Assembly (NCBI GenBank): GCA_965224085.1
Contig: CBDCYI010000011.1
Span: 960,001-1,024,000 of the forward strand
Direction of reading: 5' to 3'
DNA: 64,000 nucleotides
DNA from: Candidatus Marinacidobacterales bacterium
GTDB taxonomy: Bacteria; Acidobacteriota; Vicinamibacteria; Marinacidobacterales; SMYC01
Below the pieces are notes generated by a model, which saw only the letters and a list, made by a program, of their open reading frames with translations, did no database searches and was not told the origin of the DNA. The translations under genes were made by a program, and so were the position numbers. Within the stretch, counting starts at the first letter, position 1, and each line of letters begins with the position of its first letter. Of the stretch, positions 19,690 through 29,952 are shown in pieces.

Positions 19690-19814
19690 ATCAGCCTGAC
19701 TACCGGTCGGGCGAGGCCAGGGCGAGTCATCACAAGGTGATCGCCCTTTTGACGGGACTCAACACAACCGAGAAGCTGGCAGATTCTCCGCAGATCCTTC
19801 CAACTAACGTGCAT
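19690..19814 (-). pseudogene. Truncated HicA-like toxin
   Basis: WKDLRRICQLLGCVESRQKGDHLVMTRPG..RPVV matches the HicA G(S/D)H pattern, after which similarity is lost. Confidence 0.6.
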
Positions 19815-20095
19815 CCAGCCGGTTGTTTCGATCCAAGAAACGGGCAGCTTGATAAGCAGGGATCTCTACGTTCAAGGGAAATTCTTCGCCAAGGAGGTTC
19901 TCGTCCACCGGCCGCCTCTCGATGCTTATGTGCTCGGAAGTCTCGGACGGCTCAACGCTGCTCGGGAGCAAGCGAAATCCACTGTCCCGAAGTACTTCGT
20001 CTAACGTATCGCGCTCCAAGCAGCTCTCGCTAAACAATGCGACGGCTTCCTTGAGCGCGGCCTTCGCGCCCTCGGTCTCCGGCTTCGACGTCGGC
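19804..20095 (-). pseudogene. 5'-truncated HicB-like antitoxin
   Basis: ETEGAKAALKEAVALFSESCLERDTLDEVLRDSGF resembles the HicB helix; it overlaps the hicA start. Confidence 0.5.
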
Positions 20096-20116
20096 GTAGA
20101 CGTCGTTGCTAGACTC

Positions 20117-20220
20117 TGCTACCCAGATGCTACCCGCGAGCCTTTTGCTACCCAGGGCCCCGCCATGGGTGAAGCACAAATGCTACCCAGGGCCTCCTTT
20201 CCAGCTGTAAGTTATTGATT
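20117..20220. other. Integrase attachment-arm-like remnant next to the tRNA 3' end
   Basis: Four TGCTACCC direct repeats (20117, 20128, 20146, 20181) and an IHF consensus AATCAATAACTTA on the minus strand at 20208-20220. Confidence 0.6.
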
Positions 20221-20224
20221 CCAT

Positions 20225-20300
20225 TGGTGGACGGCACGGGGATCGAACCCGTGACCTCGGCATTGCGAACGCCGCGCTCTCCCAGCTGAGCTAGCCGCCC
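20225..20300 (-). tRNA. tRNA-Ala (anticodon CGC)
   Basis: 76-nt cloverleaf GGGCGGCTAGCTCAG..TTCGCAA..GGTTCGATCC..GTCCACCA, with a G3:U70 pair and encoded CCA. Confidence 0.97.
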
Positions 20301-20424
20301 CTGTTACTCATGTTGCGGAGCTTTCAAAACGAGCTATGCTAGCAGGACGATTTGCTCCAGGCAAGAGGCGGTGAGATTAACTTGAACTTTGGGGCCTCTC
20401 GCGTGGGCCATGGAAGGAGTCGTC

Positions 20425-22260
20425 ATGAAAACGTGGAAGCTCGGAATTACGGCCGCCGTGCTCACCATCGCGGCAACGGCAGCGGGGGAGAGAACGCAGA
20501 AACCAGTGCTGCATGGGCGCCACTGGGTTGCGATTACCGGCAAGCCTCTCGGGGCGACAGCGGGCGCTTTGATGTTTCACAAAGGTGGCAACGCGGTCGA
20601 CGCGGCCTGCGCTATGCTCGGCGCGACCGCGACTATGTACGACTCGCTCGGGTGGGGCGGCGAAACGCAGACGCTCATCTACCACCCCGGCGAGAAGAAG
20701 GTCATCGGTATAAACGCTCTGGGGGTCGCGCCCGCCGGCGCCACTCCGAAATACTTCAAGAGTCAAGGGATGGATTTCCCTCCCGCTTATGGCCCTCTTG
20801 CGGCTGTCACGCCAGGAACACCTGGCGGTCTCATGGTCATGCTCGCCGAGTACGGCACGCTCACATTGAGCGACGTCCTCGGTCCTTCCATCGAGATGGC
20901 GGAGGGCTATTCGATCGAGGCACAGCTTGCGAACGCCATCGAGCGCGAGAAAGAGCGCATCCGTCAATGGCCCTATTCGCGGGAAACCTTCCTGACCCAT
21001 CCGGGGGAAGAGCGCGAGGCGCCTTATCCGGGTGAGATCTTCCGCCAGCCGATGCTCCAGGCCACGCTCGAGAAACTCGTAGAGGCGGAGGCGAAAGCCC
21101 TCGCGGCGGGAGCTTCGCGCAAGGAAGCGATCTACACCGCGTACGAGCGCTTCTACGAAGGTGATATCGCGGCGGAGTTCGTGCGGGGCTCGCAGGAACA
21201 GGGAGGCCTTCACACGAAAGAGGATCTCGCGGAGTGGAAGGTCCACATCGAAGAGCCGGTAATGACGACCTACAAGGACATCGAGGTCTACAAGCTCACG
21301 CACTGGGTGCAAGGGCCAGTTTTGAACCAGACGCTGAACATCCTCGAGGGGATCGACGTCAAGGCGATGGGCTACAACTCGAGCCGCTACATCCACACGC
21401 TCTATCAAGCGATGAACCTCGCTTTTGCGGACCGAGACTTCTACTACGGTGATCCGTACTTCCCGCCGGAGGAGCCGATCGAAGGGCTATTGTCCAAAGA
21501 CTACGCGGCGGAGCGACGAAAGCTCATCGATTGGGACCACAACGATCCTACCGTCAAGCCGGGCGACCCTTATCCACACCAAGGCGGCACGAACCCCTAC
21601 CTCGAATATCTAGAATCTTGGAGCAGCAAGCAGCCGAGCACAGAGGAAGACGAGCAACTCTTCGAGGAAGGTTTCTACGCGGGGACGACGTCGATCCAAG
21701 CGGCCGACAAAGAGGGTTGGGTGGTCTCGGTGACGCCGAGCGGGGGCTGGAATCCGGCCACGATCGCGGGGCGGACCGGGATCGGCATGAGTCAGCGGAT
21801 GCAGAGCTTCGTGCTGGATGCTCGCGTCAACCCCTACAACGTGCTCCAACCGGGAAAGCGTCCGCGCGCCACGCTCACTCCGAGTCTTGCGCTCAAAGAC
21901 GGTCGGCCTTTTCTTTCTTTTGCCGTGCAGGGAGGGGACTCTCAGGATCAGAACCTGCTGCAGTTTTTCCTGAACGTCGTCGAGTTCGGCATGAACGTTC
22001 AGGAAGCGGCGGAAGCGGCCAATTTCAACAGCTACCAGATGCAGAGCTCGTTTCGCGCTCACGAATCGCAACCCGGGCGCTTGCTTTTGAACGCGTCCGT
22101 CCCACCGTGGGTTTGCGATGGGCTCGTCGCCATGGGCTATGATCTCGAGTTTAGAGACCGCACCTCCGGCCCCATCAACGCGATCTTTTTCGACTGGAAG
22201 CACGGCACGATGTGGGGCGGCGCGAGCAACCACGGCGAAGATTACGGCATCGCTTGGTAG
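20425..22260 (+). CDS. ggt: Gamma-glutamyltransferase family protein (exported)
   Basis: GGNAVDAA, AVTPG, FYEGDIA, AFADRDFYYGDP, nucleophile G|TTSIQAAD and PGKRP; RBS and signal peptide present. Confidence 0.92.
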   Translation: MKTWKLGITAAVLTIAATAAGERTQKPVLHGRHWVAITGKPLGATAGALMFHKGGNAVDAACAMLGATATMYDSLGWGGETQTLIYHPGEKKVIGINALGVAPAGATPKYFKSQGMDFPPAYGPLAAVTPGTPGGLMVMLAEYGTLTLSDVLGPSIEMAEGYSIEAQLANAIEREKERIRQWPYSRETFLTHPGEEREAPYPGEIFRQPMLQATLEKLVEAEAKALAAGASRKEAIYTAYERFYEGDIAAEFVRGSQEQGGLHTKEDLAEWKVHIEEPVMTTYKDIEVYKLTHWVQGPVLNQTLNILEGIDVKAMGYNSSRYIHTLYQAMNLAFADRDFYYGDPYFPPEEPIEGLLSKDYAAERRKLIDWDHNDPTVKPGDPYPHQGGTNPYLEYLESWSSKQPSTEEDEQLFEEGFYAGTTSIQAADKEGWVVSVTPSGGWNPATIAGRTGIGMSQRMQSFVLDARVNPYNVLQPGKRPRATLTPSLALKDGRPFLSFAVQGGDSQDQNLLQFFLNVVEFGMNVQEAAEAANFNSYQMQSSFRAHESQPGRLLLNASVPPWVCDGLVAMGYDLEFRDRTSGPINAIFFDWKHGTMWGGASNHGEDYGIAW

Positions 22261-22333
22261 TATGCTTGCAGCCTCGAGAACAGCGACGCGGCTCAACAAT
22301 GCTTAAATCGGCGCCTAAGATGACGAGGAAAGC

Positions 22334-23431
22334 GTGATCAAACACTGGAGTTTCGTGGCTTGGTTTTTTGCGGCGACCCTAGCGGCGCCGCTTCTCGCGC
22401 AGGACGTTTTCGATCCGCTCGACCCGATGGATGACGACGAGCAGACCGGTCTCGAGGTCGGGACCGCCATTCCGGACTTCCGTGCCATCGATCAAAACGG
22501 TAAGGCTTTGGATTTCGATGCCGTGAAAGGTCCCAACGGTGCGGTCTTCTTGTTTCACCGCTCGGCGGATTGGTGACCCTATTGCAAAACCCAGCTCGTG
22601 GAGCTGGAAAACTCCTACGACACGTTCAAAGCCCAAGGGCTCGGCGTCGCCGCGATCAGCTACGACACGCCGGACATACTCGCGCACTTCTCGGAGCGGA
22701 TGGGAGGTTTTCGCTACCCGCTTCTCGCAGACCCCGACTCCAAGATGATTCGTGCATTCGGCATCTTGAACCGTAACGTAGCCGAAGGCCACGCTTTCTT
22801 TGGTATGGCGCGACCGGGCACGTTCGTCGTCGATGCGAACGGTATCATCACGTCTAAGTTTTTCGAGCCCGGGCACCGGCAGCGCTTGACCGCGGATAGT
22901 CTCTTGGTCCGCGAGTTCGGCGCGGGCGGTGGTACCCGCTTTTCGATCGTCACCGATCATTTGAAGCTTACCGCCTATCCCGCGCAAGACGAGGCGCGGC
23001 GCGGGAACCGTATTACCCTCGTGATCGAGCTCGATCTGCCGCCGAAGATGCACGTCTACGCGCCCGGCGTTGAAGGCTATCGCCCTGTCTCCGTCGCGGT
23101 TTCCCAATCCCAATATTTGGCGGTGCACGAGACGATCTTCCCCGAGTCGGAGATCATGCACCTACCGGCGATTCAAGAGAGCGTTCCCGTCTTTCACGGG
23201 TCGATCCGCATCCTGCAAGACGTAACGCTCTCGCCTCGGCTTCCGGGCTACGATCAGCCGGACGTTACAGAGCTCGAGATTCCGGCGACGTTCTCGTATC
23301 AGGCCTGTGACGATGTGGTGTGTTATCTCCCCACGGAGCTTCCCGTAAAGTTCAAGTTGGCTCTTCACCCGCACGACGGGAAGCGCGCTCCGGAAGAAAT
23401 CCGCCACAAACCGAGCTCATCGAGTCGTTGA
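22334..23431 (+). CDS. Selenocysteine-containing AhpC/TSA (redoxin) protein fused to a DsbD-N-like domain
   Basis: ORFs 22334-22576 and 22598-23431 are in frame across TGA 22574, giving W-U-P-Y-C (UxxC). SECIS-like hairpin downstream; C-terminal HVYAPG..YQACDDVVCY. Confidence 0.88.
22591..22607 (+). promoter_or_regulatory. Bacterial SECIS-like hairpin
   Basis: CCAGCTC-GTG-GAGCTGG perfect stem with a G-containing loop, starting 15 nt after the UGA. Confidence 0.8.
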
Positions 23432-24340
23432 AACGATTTCTTCGGCGAGACGGACGAGCGAAAGCGGTGCCGAGCCTTCGGCTTTGTTGTTGACGATAAC
23501 GAAAGCGCGCTTCGCGCTCTGGCACAGACTTGCGATAGCGCGGCGCGAGCCGGTGTCTTCCTCCGCGAGTTTGTCGAACGGGTAGAAGGCATCTTTGGCG
23601 TCGCCGTAGCGCAAATTGCGGCGTAGCATCCAGCGGACGACGATGGTCGGCCAGACATTCGTTGCGGATTGTCGGACCTGTTCTTCGAGCGAAGGCATGC
23701 TGGGGTGCACGTTGAAACAGTGGCTCGCACCGACATCGTGCAAGAGCTCGCGATAGCCTGCGGTGAAAAGCTCCGGGTTACGGAGCTCGACGGCGTAGAG
23801 CACACCTCGGGGAAGCGCGGACAAGAAGCGGTGGAGCTTTTCGTTGAACCGAGCGACGTCGTCGAACCGCTGCGGCGGGAACTGGAGCAACATTACTGCG
23901 GCGCGATTACCGAGGCCGTCGAGACAAGGCCCGACAACTTCGTCGACGGCGTATCCGGGCTCGAGAAAAGACGGGTTGGGCGAGGCGGAGTCGTCCTTGA
24001 GGCGCGCGCTCGTCACGATCTCGTGGGCTTTGACAACGAAGCGAAAATCTGGCGGTACCGATTTGTAGCGAGCGAAGTCCTCCGCCGTGATGGGACCGTA
24101 ATAGGTTCGGTCGATGCACACCGTGCGAAACAAAGGATGACGCGCATAGGCAAAAAGCCCGTGCCGCGCGAGCGTCGTCTGCGAGACCTTGCGATCGTAA
24201 ACGGTGCCGTTCCAGCCGGGAAACGACCAAGAGGAGGTGCCCAGGTAGTAATTCTCGTCGAGTGCTGCGGCGAGCGCGCGCACCCGGGCCGGAGGTTCAG
24301 CCGCGCCGACAGGGGCAAAAAGCGACAGCTGTTCCATCAT
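23417..24340 (-). CDS. DUF72 family protein
   Basis: GTSSWSFPGW, DRTYYG, FRFVVKA, LLQFPP, AVELRN, VNNKAEG. Confidence 0.9.
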   Translation of the reverse strand: MMEQLSLFAPVGAAEPPARVRALAAALDENYYLGTSSWSFPGWNGTVYDRKVSQTTLARHGLFAYARHPLFRTVCIDRTYYGPITAEDFARYKSVPPDFRFVVKAHEIVTSARLKDDSASPNPSFLEPGYAVDEVVGPCLDGLGNRAAVMLLQFPPQRFDDVARFNEKLHRFLSALPRGVLYAVELRNPELFTAGYRELLHDVGASHCFNVHPSMPSLEEQVRQSATNVWPTIVVRWMLRRNLRYGDAKDAFYPFDKLAEEDTGSRRAIASLCQSAKRAFVIVNNKAEGSAPLSLVRLAEEIVSTTR

Positions 24341-24372
24341 CTCAACGGCATCTCAAGCATCTCAATGGCAGC

Positions 24373-24921
24373 TCATGGATCGACGACGAGCGTGGTGCAC
24401 ACGGAGATGGGCGTTTTCCCGAGCCGTGGAGGCTCGTACTTCCATTGACGCGCGGCGTTCAAGAGCGCTTCCTCGGCGGCGGCCCAGCGCGGCTCGAGCG
24501 AGCGCAAGATCGTCGCTTCCATGACGTCACCGTCCGGCGTGATGACAATCTCAGCGACCATTTTGCCGGTGCGCTCGACGCGATCGACGGGGAACTGGGG
24601 GTCGACAACGTGGGTGCGAACCGGCATCGGGATGCCTCCGACGCCCGCGAGGAGGGGGTTCGGGATATTGGGCTTCAGCCACGCGCTCGACCACTTGCAG
24701 GCGCGGCTCGCTTCTGCGCTCGAAAGATCTATGGGCTCGTCGAGCGCGAAAACGGGCTCTTCCGGTACCGTCTGCACCTCTTCGTTGCCGATCGTCGCGG
24801 TCTCGAGTGGCTCCTCTCCAATCACCGCCGGCGCCCTCTCGCTCGCTTTCGGGCTTTCACGCGGCGGCGGGCCGCACTGCCAGAGTGCGAGGGCGGCGAG
24901 CAGAGCCAACGAGCGCGGCAT
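24373..24921 (-). CDS. TonB C-terminal domain protein, possible lipoprotein
   Basis: Signal peptide ending LWQC; VDPQFP..G..V..I.PDG.V..A..AARQWKYEP. Confidence 0.7.
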   Translation of the reverse strand: MPRSLALLAALALWQCGPPPRESPKASERAPAVIGEEPLETATIGNEEVQTVPEEPVFALDEPIDLSSAEASRACKWSSAWLKPNIPNPLLAGVGGIPMPVRTHVVDPQFPVDRVERTGKMVAEIVITPDGDVMEATILRSLEPRWAAAEEALLNAARQWKYEPPRLGKTPISVCTTLVVDP

Positions 24922-24985
24922 GTTAGGTCGAGCGACATTGTATTCCCTAACCCGCCAGGACCGCGAACTCCAGTTACCGCTCTTC

Positions 24986-26221
24986 TTAATATTGACCTTC
25001 CCTCGAACCTGTCATATTCATCGCGCCAGTCGCTCGGCCAGCGTCGCGCGCGTCATCGAGGGTGTCTTGAAGCCTCTGGGTGTCGTGGCCGCCGCCCTGA
25101 GATATTTGCGACGAACCACCGCCGCGGCCGCCGACGAGCCCGACGGATCCGCCTAGAAGCTCTGCCATGGAAGCGTCGACGTCGGCCGAGCGCGCGAAAA
25201 CGAGATGAGCCCGGCCATCGTCGATGGCGCCCAGGAGCAAAACACGTCCGGGCTCGGTCGCGAGCTGCATCGCGATCACCCGAAGCTCCGCGGCGCCGAC
25301 GCCCGGGATGTCGCGGGTGAGAACACCCACACCGTTGATGACGTCGGCGTCACGCATCCACATTTCCGCACTCGCCGCGAGTGCCTCGCTTCTGAGCCGC
25401 CTTAGCTGCTTTCCCATGGATTTGCGCTCGTCCTGAAGCTTCTTGGCCGTATCGACGAGATCGGCTTCCGAGCTGCTGAGAACGCTCGCAAGCGATCGGA
25501 TTCGGCGCACCGTCGTGCGGTAGTCTCGAAGCGCGCGCTCGCCGCAGAGAAACTCGACCCGGGTGCTGTCTTTGAGCTTTTCGAGACCGCGGATGACGAC
25601 GGGACCGATCTCCGCACTCGAGCGTGGGTGCGTACCGCAGCAGGCTTGATGGTCGAAGCCTTCCACCTCGACGATGCGAAGCGAGTCTTGTTTCGGTGGC
25701 GTTTTTCTGAGCTCGAGGGTTAGAGCTTCGACGCCGGAGACGAAGCGGCTCTTGATGCGTACGGCGCGCGCGACGACGTCGTTAGCGGCGCGTTCGGCCG
25801 CGTCGAGCTCTTTGTCTGACAGGGAAGATTTATCGAGATCAATCGTCGAGACCTTGGTGCCGAGATGGAAGGAGGTCGTCTCGGCCCCGGCATCGCGGAC
25901 GAAAGCGGCGGAGAGCACGTGCTGGCCCGCATGCTGTTGCATGTGATCGTGCCGCCTCGCGGTGTCGATCTCACAGTGAACGTTAACGCGTTCGGGACGC
26001 TTCTCGACGAAGTGGAGAATCGTGTCGTCGTCGGACTCCAGCACCTTCGTGACCGCGATCCCGTCGATCGTACCCAGATCGTAGGGTTGTCCACCGGATT
26101 CGGGATAGAAGTGGGTCGCCTCGAATACGAGGGCGGTGCCTTCGGGCAGATCGCGCGTCTCGAGGATCTCGGCCTCGAAAGACGTGACGTAGGGGTCTTC
26201 TAGATAGAGCTTCTTCGTCAT
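24986..26221 (-). CDS. AlaX-like alanyl-tRNA editing protein with DHHA1 domain
   Basis: TKKLYLEDPY, FYPESGGQP, MQQHAGQH, CCGTH, GGRGGG. Confidence 0.9.
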   Translation of the reverse strand: MTKKLYLEDPYVTSFEAEILETRDLPEGTALVFEATHFYPESGGQPYDLGTIDGIAVTKVLESDDDTILHFVEKRPERVNVHCEIDTARRHDHMQQHAGQHVLSAAFVRDAGAETTSFHLGTKVSTIDLDKSSLSDKELDAAERAANDVVARAVRIKSRFVSGVEALTLELRKTPPKQDSLRIVEVEGFDHQACCGTHPRSSAEIGPVVIRGLEKLKDSTRVEFLCGERALRDYRTTVRRIRSLASVLSSSEADLVDTAKKLQDERKSMGKQLRRLRSEALAASAEMWMRDADVINGVGVLTRDIPGVGAAELRVIAMQLATEPGRVLLLGAIDDGRAHLVFARSADVDASMAELLGGSVGLVGGRGGGSSQISQGGGHDTQRLQDTLDDARDAGRATGAMNMTGSREGQY

Positions 26222-26810
26222 CAGAAATACTTGGCTCCAGATGCCGTGTTGAACAAAACGACGGTCTCTTCGTCACCCACCCAACGCTCGTCGACGAGAG
26301 CCTCGAGCGCGGCGACGACACACCCGCGCGGTGCGTCTCGCGGCACGACGACGTGAGCCGGCAAGCCGGCCCGCGCTGCGTAGGCGGCGAGAGCGCCTCC
26401 GGCGTTGCCAGCCGAGGCCACAGCGAGCTCTTTCGCGCCGCGCGCGACCGCCATCGACACCGCGACCGCCATCCCTCGCACCTTGAAGCTTGCGGTGGGG
26501 TTCAGGCCTTCATCTTTGATGTAGAGGCGGGAAAGTCCGAGCCGTGCGCCTTGCCGATCGGCTCGCAGAAGCGGCGTGCCGCCTTCGCCCAGAGCAAGGA
26601 TCTGGTGGGTGTCGGCTAGCGGCAAAAGCTCCCGGTAGCGCCAAATGTTGAATAGACGGTCCGTGAGCGCGTCCGGCTGGAACGAGGCGCGCGCCCGATC
26701 CGTGTCGTAGCGAGCGAGCAAGGGAGCGCGGGCTCGCGACAGATGCTGAATCTCGAGCTTCTCATACGACTCTCCCGTACGAGAACATTCGAGGTGAGTA
26801 AAGAACGTCT
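26221..26810 (-). pseudogene. thrC: Threonine synthase with a large internal in-frame deletion
   Basis: HLECS..WRYRELLP..LGEGGTP..NPTASFK..ASAGNAG joins directly to the C-terminal VVLFNTASGAKY; the central region is missing. Confidence 0.75.
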
Positions 26811-26899
26811 TCTCTGCCCTTTCGCCGATAAAAAGAACTACTGTCCTGTATCAGAAGTTCGTTGCTAAAGCTCGAGGCCGTTTTGTGCGCTCTCGAGGT

Positions 26900-27457
26900 C
26901 TAGACGGTCATCAATTCCTGCTCTTTGTTCTTCACGATCTCGTCGACCTCGTTGACGTGCTCGTCGGTCAGGCCCTGCACTTGCTTGAGAGCGCGCTTCT
27001 CGTCGTCCTCCGAAATCTCCTTGTCTTTGAGCATTCGCTTGAGCCGATCGTTCACGTCCCGGCGAACCTGGCGGAGCGCGGTGCGGCCTTCTTCCGCCAT
27101 CTTGCCTACCTGCTTGACGAGTAGCTTCCGCCGTTCTTCCGTGAGCGGAGGGATGTGGATGCGGAGGGTCTTCCCGTCATTGGCCGGGTTCAAGTCGAGA
27201 TCCGACGAAAGAATCGCTTTTTCGATCGTCTCGAGCAAGTGTGGCTCCCACGGCTGGACGGTGATCAGATTGCCTTCGGGCACGGCCATATTAGTGACCT
27301 GATTGAGAGGTGTCGGAGCGCCATAATAATCTACCGTGACACCGTCCAAGATGGCCAGTGAGGCGCGCCCCGTCCGGACGGAAGCGAGATCCTTCCGGAG
27401 GACCTCGAGCGTCTTATCCATCCGGCGCTTGGCGTCTGCGATGAGTTCTTTTTCCAT
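26900..27457 (-). CDS. frr: Ribosome recycling factor
   Basis: VRTGRAS, VDYYG, PPLTEERRK. Confidence 0.97.
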   Translation of the reverse strand: MEKELIADAKRRMDKTLEVLRKDLASVRTGRASLAILDGVTVDYYGAPTPLNQVTNMAVPEGNLITVQPWEPHLLETIEKAILSSDLDLNPANDGKTLRIHIPPLTEERRKLLVKQVGKMAEEGRTALRQVRRDVNDRLKRMLKDKEISEDDEKRALKQVQGLTDEHVNEVDEIVKNKEQELMTV

Positions 27458-27486
27458 GACATCCTCCTGTCAGGCCCCTCAGGGAT

Positions 27487-28221
27487 TCAATCGACTCGAG
27501 TTCCAATTTTCTCGCCAGCCACGACACGCTTCATGTTGCCCCGTTGTTTGATATCGAAGACGATGATGGGGAGCGCATTGTCGAGACATAACGAGATGGC
27601 CGTCGTGTCCATCACTTGGAGGCCTTTTTCGAGCACTTGCATATAGGTGATGCGCTCGTAGAACTCCGCGTCGGGGTGTTTTTCCGGGTCGGCGGAATAG
27701 ATCCCGTCGACGCGCGTTCCCTTCAAGATGATGTCGGCTTTGATCTCCATCGCGCGGAGCGCGGCCGCGGTATCCGTCGAAAAATAAGGATTGCCCGTGC
27801 CCGCGGCGAAGATCACGATCCGCCCCTTTTCGAGATGGCGAATCGCGCGGCGGCGGATGAAGGGCTCGGCGACCTCGTGCATCTCGATCGCCGACATGAC
27901 CCGAGTATTGATGCCGAGTTTCTCGAGTGCGTCCTGTAGTGCCACCGCATTGATGACCGTCGCGAGCATGCCCATATGATCGGCGGCGACGCGGTCCATC
28001 CCGCGCGCGGACGGCGCCACCCCGCGAAAGATGTTTCCCCCGCCGATCACGCAGGATGTCTGAACTCCGAGAGAGTGGACTTCCTGGAGCTCCTCCGCCA
28101 TTTTGGAGGCAACTTCGGGATCAATCCCGAACGACTGATCACCCATCAGGACTTCTCCGGAGAGTTTGACGAGAATGCGCTTAAAAACAGACATATTGCG
28201 GACAGGCTCCTTCGACATCAA
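27487..28221 (-). CDS. pyrH: Uridylate kinase (start may be 28194)
   Basis: [28 protein letters not shown]. Confidence 0.97.
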   Translation of the reverse strand: MMSKEPVRNMSVFKRILVKLSGEVLMGDQSFGIDPEVASKMAEELQEVHSLGVQTSCVIGGGNIFRGVAPSARGMDRVAADHMGMLATVINAVALQDALEKLGINTRVMSAIEMHEVAEPFIRRRAIRHLEKGRIVIFAAGTGNPYFSTDTAAALRAMEIKADIILKGTRVDGIYSADPEKHPDAEFYERITYMQVLEKGLQVMDTTAISLCLDNALPIIVFDIKQRGNMKRVVAGEKIGTRVD

Positions 28222-28231
28222 TCTGAAGTTC

Positions 28232-28334
28232 GTGCCCCTCCCGTAGGGAACTCAGATTAATCCCTGCTGTGGGGACCCATCGCTCGCGTCGCGCGCGCGG
28301 CGCTTCGGCTCAGAGCTCCCTTCGACGAGGGCAG
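28232..28334. repeat. Imperfect inverted-repeat (REP/MITE-like) insert between tsf and pyrH
   Basis: gtgcccctccgtagggaactc can pair with gagctcccttcgacgagggca; GC-rich palindromic core. Confidence 0.5.
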
Positions 28335-28341
28335 GAGAGTA

Positions 28342-28950
28342 CTAAAGAGCTTCGCCGCGTTCAAACCGCACGAAGCGGCGGATCTGGATGTTCTCTTTGA
28401 GCACCGCGATTCGGGATTTCAGGAACTGCTCGACCGTCTGGTCGGGATTCTTGATGAAAGCTTGTTCGAGAAGCACGTTCTCCGAATAGAACTTCGAGAG
28501 TCTGCCCTCGACGATCTTCTCGATCACATTGGCCGGCTTACCGGAAGCTTCCGCTTGGCTCGTGAGGATCTCGCGCTCTTTGTCGAGCGCGTCCTTCGGG
28601 ACGTCCTCGCGGCGCACCCATCGGGCCGCCGAAGGCGCCGCCGCGGCCACTTGCATGCCGAGGTCCCGCACGAGCTCTTGGAACTCGTCGGTATTGGCCA
28701 CGAAGTCGGTCTCGCAATTCACCTCGATGAGAACGCCCACGCGTCCACCCGTGTGGATGTAGGAGCCGACGCGCCCCTCTGTCGTCGAGCGCCCGGATTT
28801 CGTTTCGGCGGCCGCCTGTCCTTTTTTGCGGAGGATGGTGACGGCTTCCTCGAGGTTGCCACCGGCTTCCTGGAGCGCTTTTTTGCACTCCATGAGTCCG
28901 GATCCTGTCTTTTCGCGGAGCTCTTTGACTTGCTGTGCGGAAATAGTCAT
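28342..28950 (-). CDS. tsf: Elongation factor Ts (short form)
   Basis: VKELREKTG..MECKKAL, EVNCETDFVA. Confidence 0.97.
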   Translation of the reverse strand: MTISAQQVKELREKTGSGLMECKKALQEAGGNLEEAVTILRKKGQAAAETKSGRSTTEGRVGSYIHTGGRVGVLIEVNCETDFVANTDEFQELVRDLGMQVAAAAPSAARWVRREDVPKDALDKEREILTSQAEASGKPANVIEKIVEGRLSKFYSENVLLEQAFIKNPDQTVEQFLKSRIAVLKENIQIRRFVRFERGEAL

Positions 28951-29034
28951 GGTTCTAGCCTTTTCTAAGAATGCGGCAGTAAAAGATTGAAGCCGGGGAT
29001 GGCAGCCCCCCGGGATGCGCGGTCAGTATCCGTG

Positions 29035-29937
29035 TCAGGCGGGAGAAGAGGTCGTCGTCGCCGAATCTTCCTTGGCGTTCTCAGCAGCCTTGGCATTCTC
29101 AGCTGGCTCAGCTGGCTCAGCTGGCGCAGCTGGCGCAGCTGCCTCAGCTGGCTCAGCTGGCGGCTCAGAGGCGCTCGACGATTCCTTCGAGCTTTCTTTT
29201 TCAGCCGAGCCCGGCTCGCCTTCGGGGCCCGTCGCGGCTTCGGGCACCTCCTTAGTCATATCGCGTCCCGCAATAACTGCATCCGCGATTCGCGAAGTGA
29301 AGAGCTTGATCGCACGGAGCGCGTCGTCGTTGCCCGGAATCACGTAGTCCACGACGTCCGGGTCGCAGTTGGTATCGACGATGGCGATTACGGGAATCCC
29401 GAGCTTGCGGGCTTCGTGCACGGCGATCTCTTCGCGGTTGGCGTCCACGACGAAAATCGCATGCGGTAGACCGCCCATGTCGATAATACCGCACAGGTTC
29501 TTGTCGAGACGCTTGCGCTCTTTGTCTAGACGCGAGAGCTCTTTCTTGGAAAGTTCGTCGAAACGGCCGTCTTCCATCATCGAGGTCAACTCGCGTAGCC
29601 GGGCGATGCTCTTCTCGATCGTGATGAAGTTTGTGAGAAGCCCGCCGAGCCAGCGCTCGTTGACGTAGTACATACCAGCACGCTGAGCCTCTTCGGCAAC
29701 GACTTCCTGGGCTTGACGCTTCGTCCCGATGAACAGGATTTTCTTTCCCTCGGTGCCGAGCTGAGTGGCGAACTTCAGGGCCACTTTGAAGAGCCGGAGC
29801 GTCTTCTGCAAATCGACGATATAAATACCGTTGCGTTCGCCGAAGATATACTGCCGCATCTTTGGGTTCCAGCGCTTGGTCTGGTGGCCGAAATGCACGC
29901 CCGCCTCGAGCAGCTCTTTCATCGTAATCGAAGACAA
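29035..29937 (-). CDS. rpsB: 30S ribosomal protein S2 with Ala/Glu/Pro-rich tail; TTG start
   Basis: [25 protein letters not shown]. Confidence 0.98.
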   Translation of the reverse strand: MSSITMKELLEAGVHFGHQTKRWNPKMRQYIFGERNGIYIVDLQKTLRLFKVALKFATQLGTEGKKILFIGTKRQAQEVVAEEAQRAGMYYVNERWLGGLLTNFITIEKSIARLRELTSMMEDGRFDELSKKELSRLDKERKRLDKNLCGIIDMGGLPHAIFVVDANREEIAVHEARKLGIPVIAIVDTNCDPDVVDYVIPGNDDALRAIKLFTSRIADAVIAGRDMTKEVPEAATGPEGEPGSAEKESSKESSSASEPPAEPAEAAAPAAPAEPAEPAENAKAAENAKEDSATTTSSPA

Positions 29938-29952
29938 CCGGAAAATCCTCCC

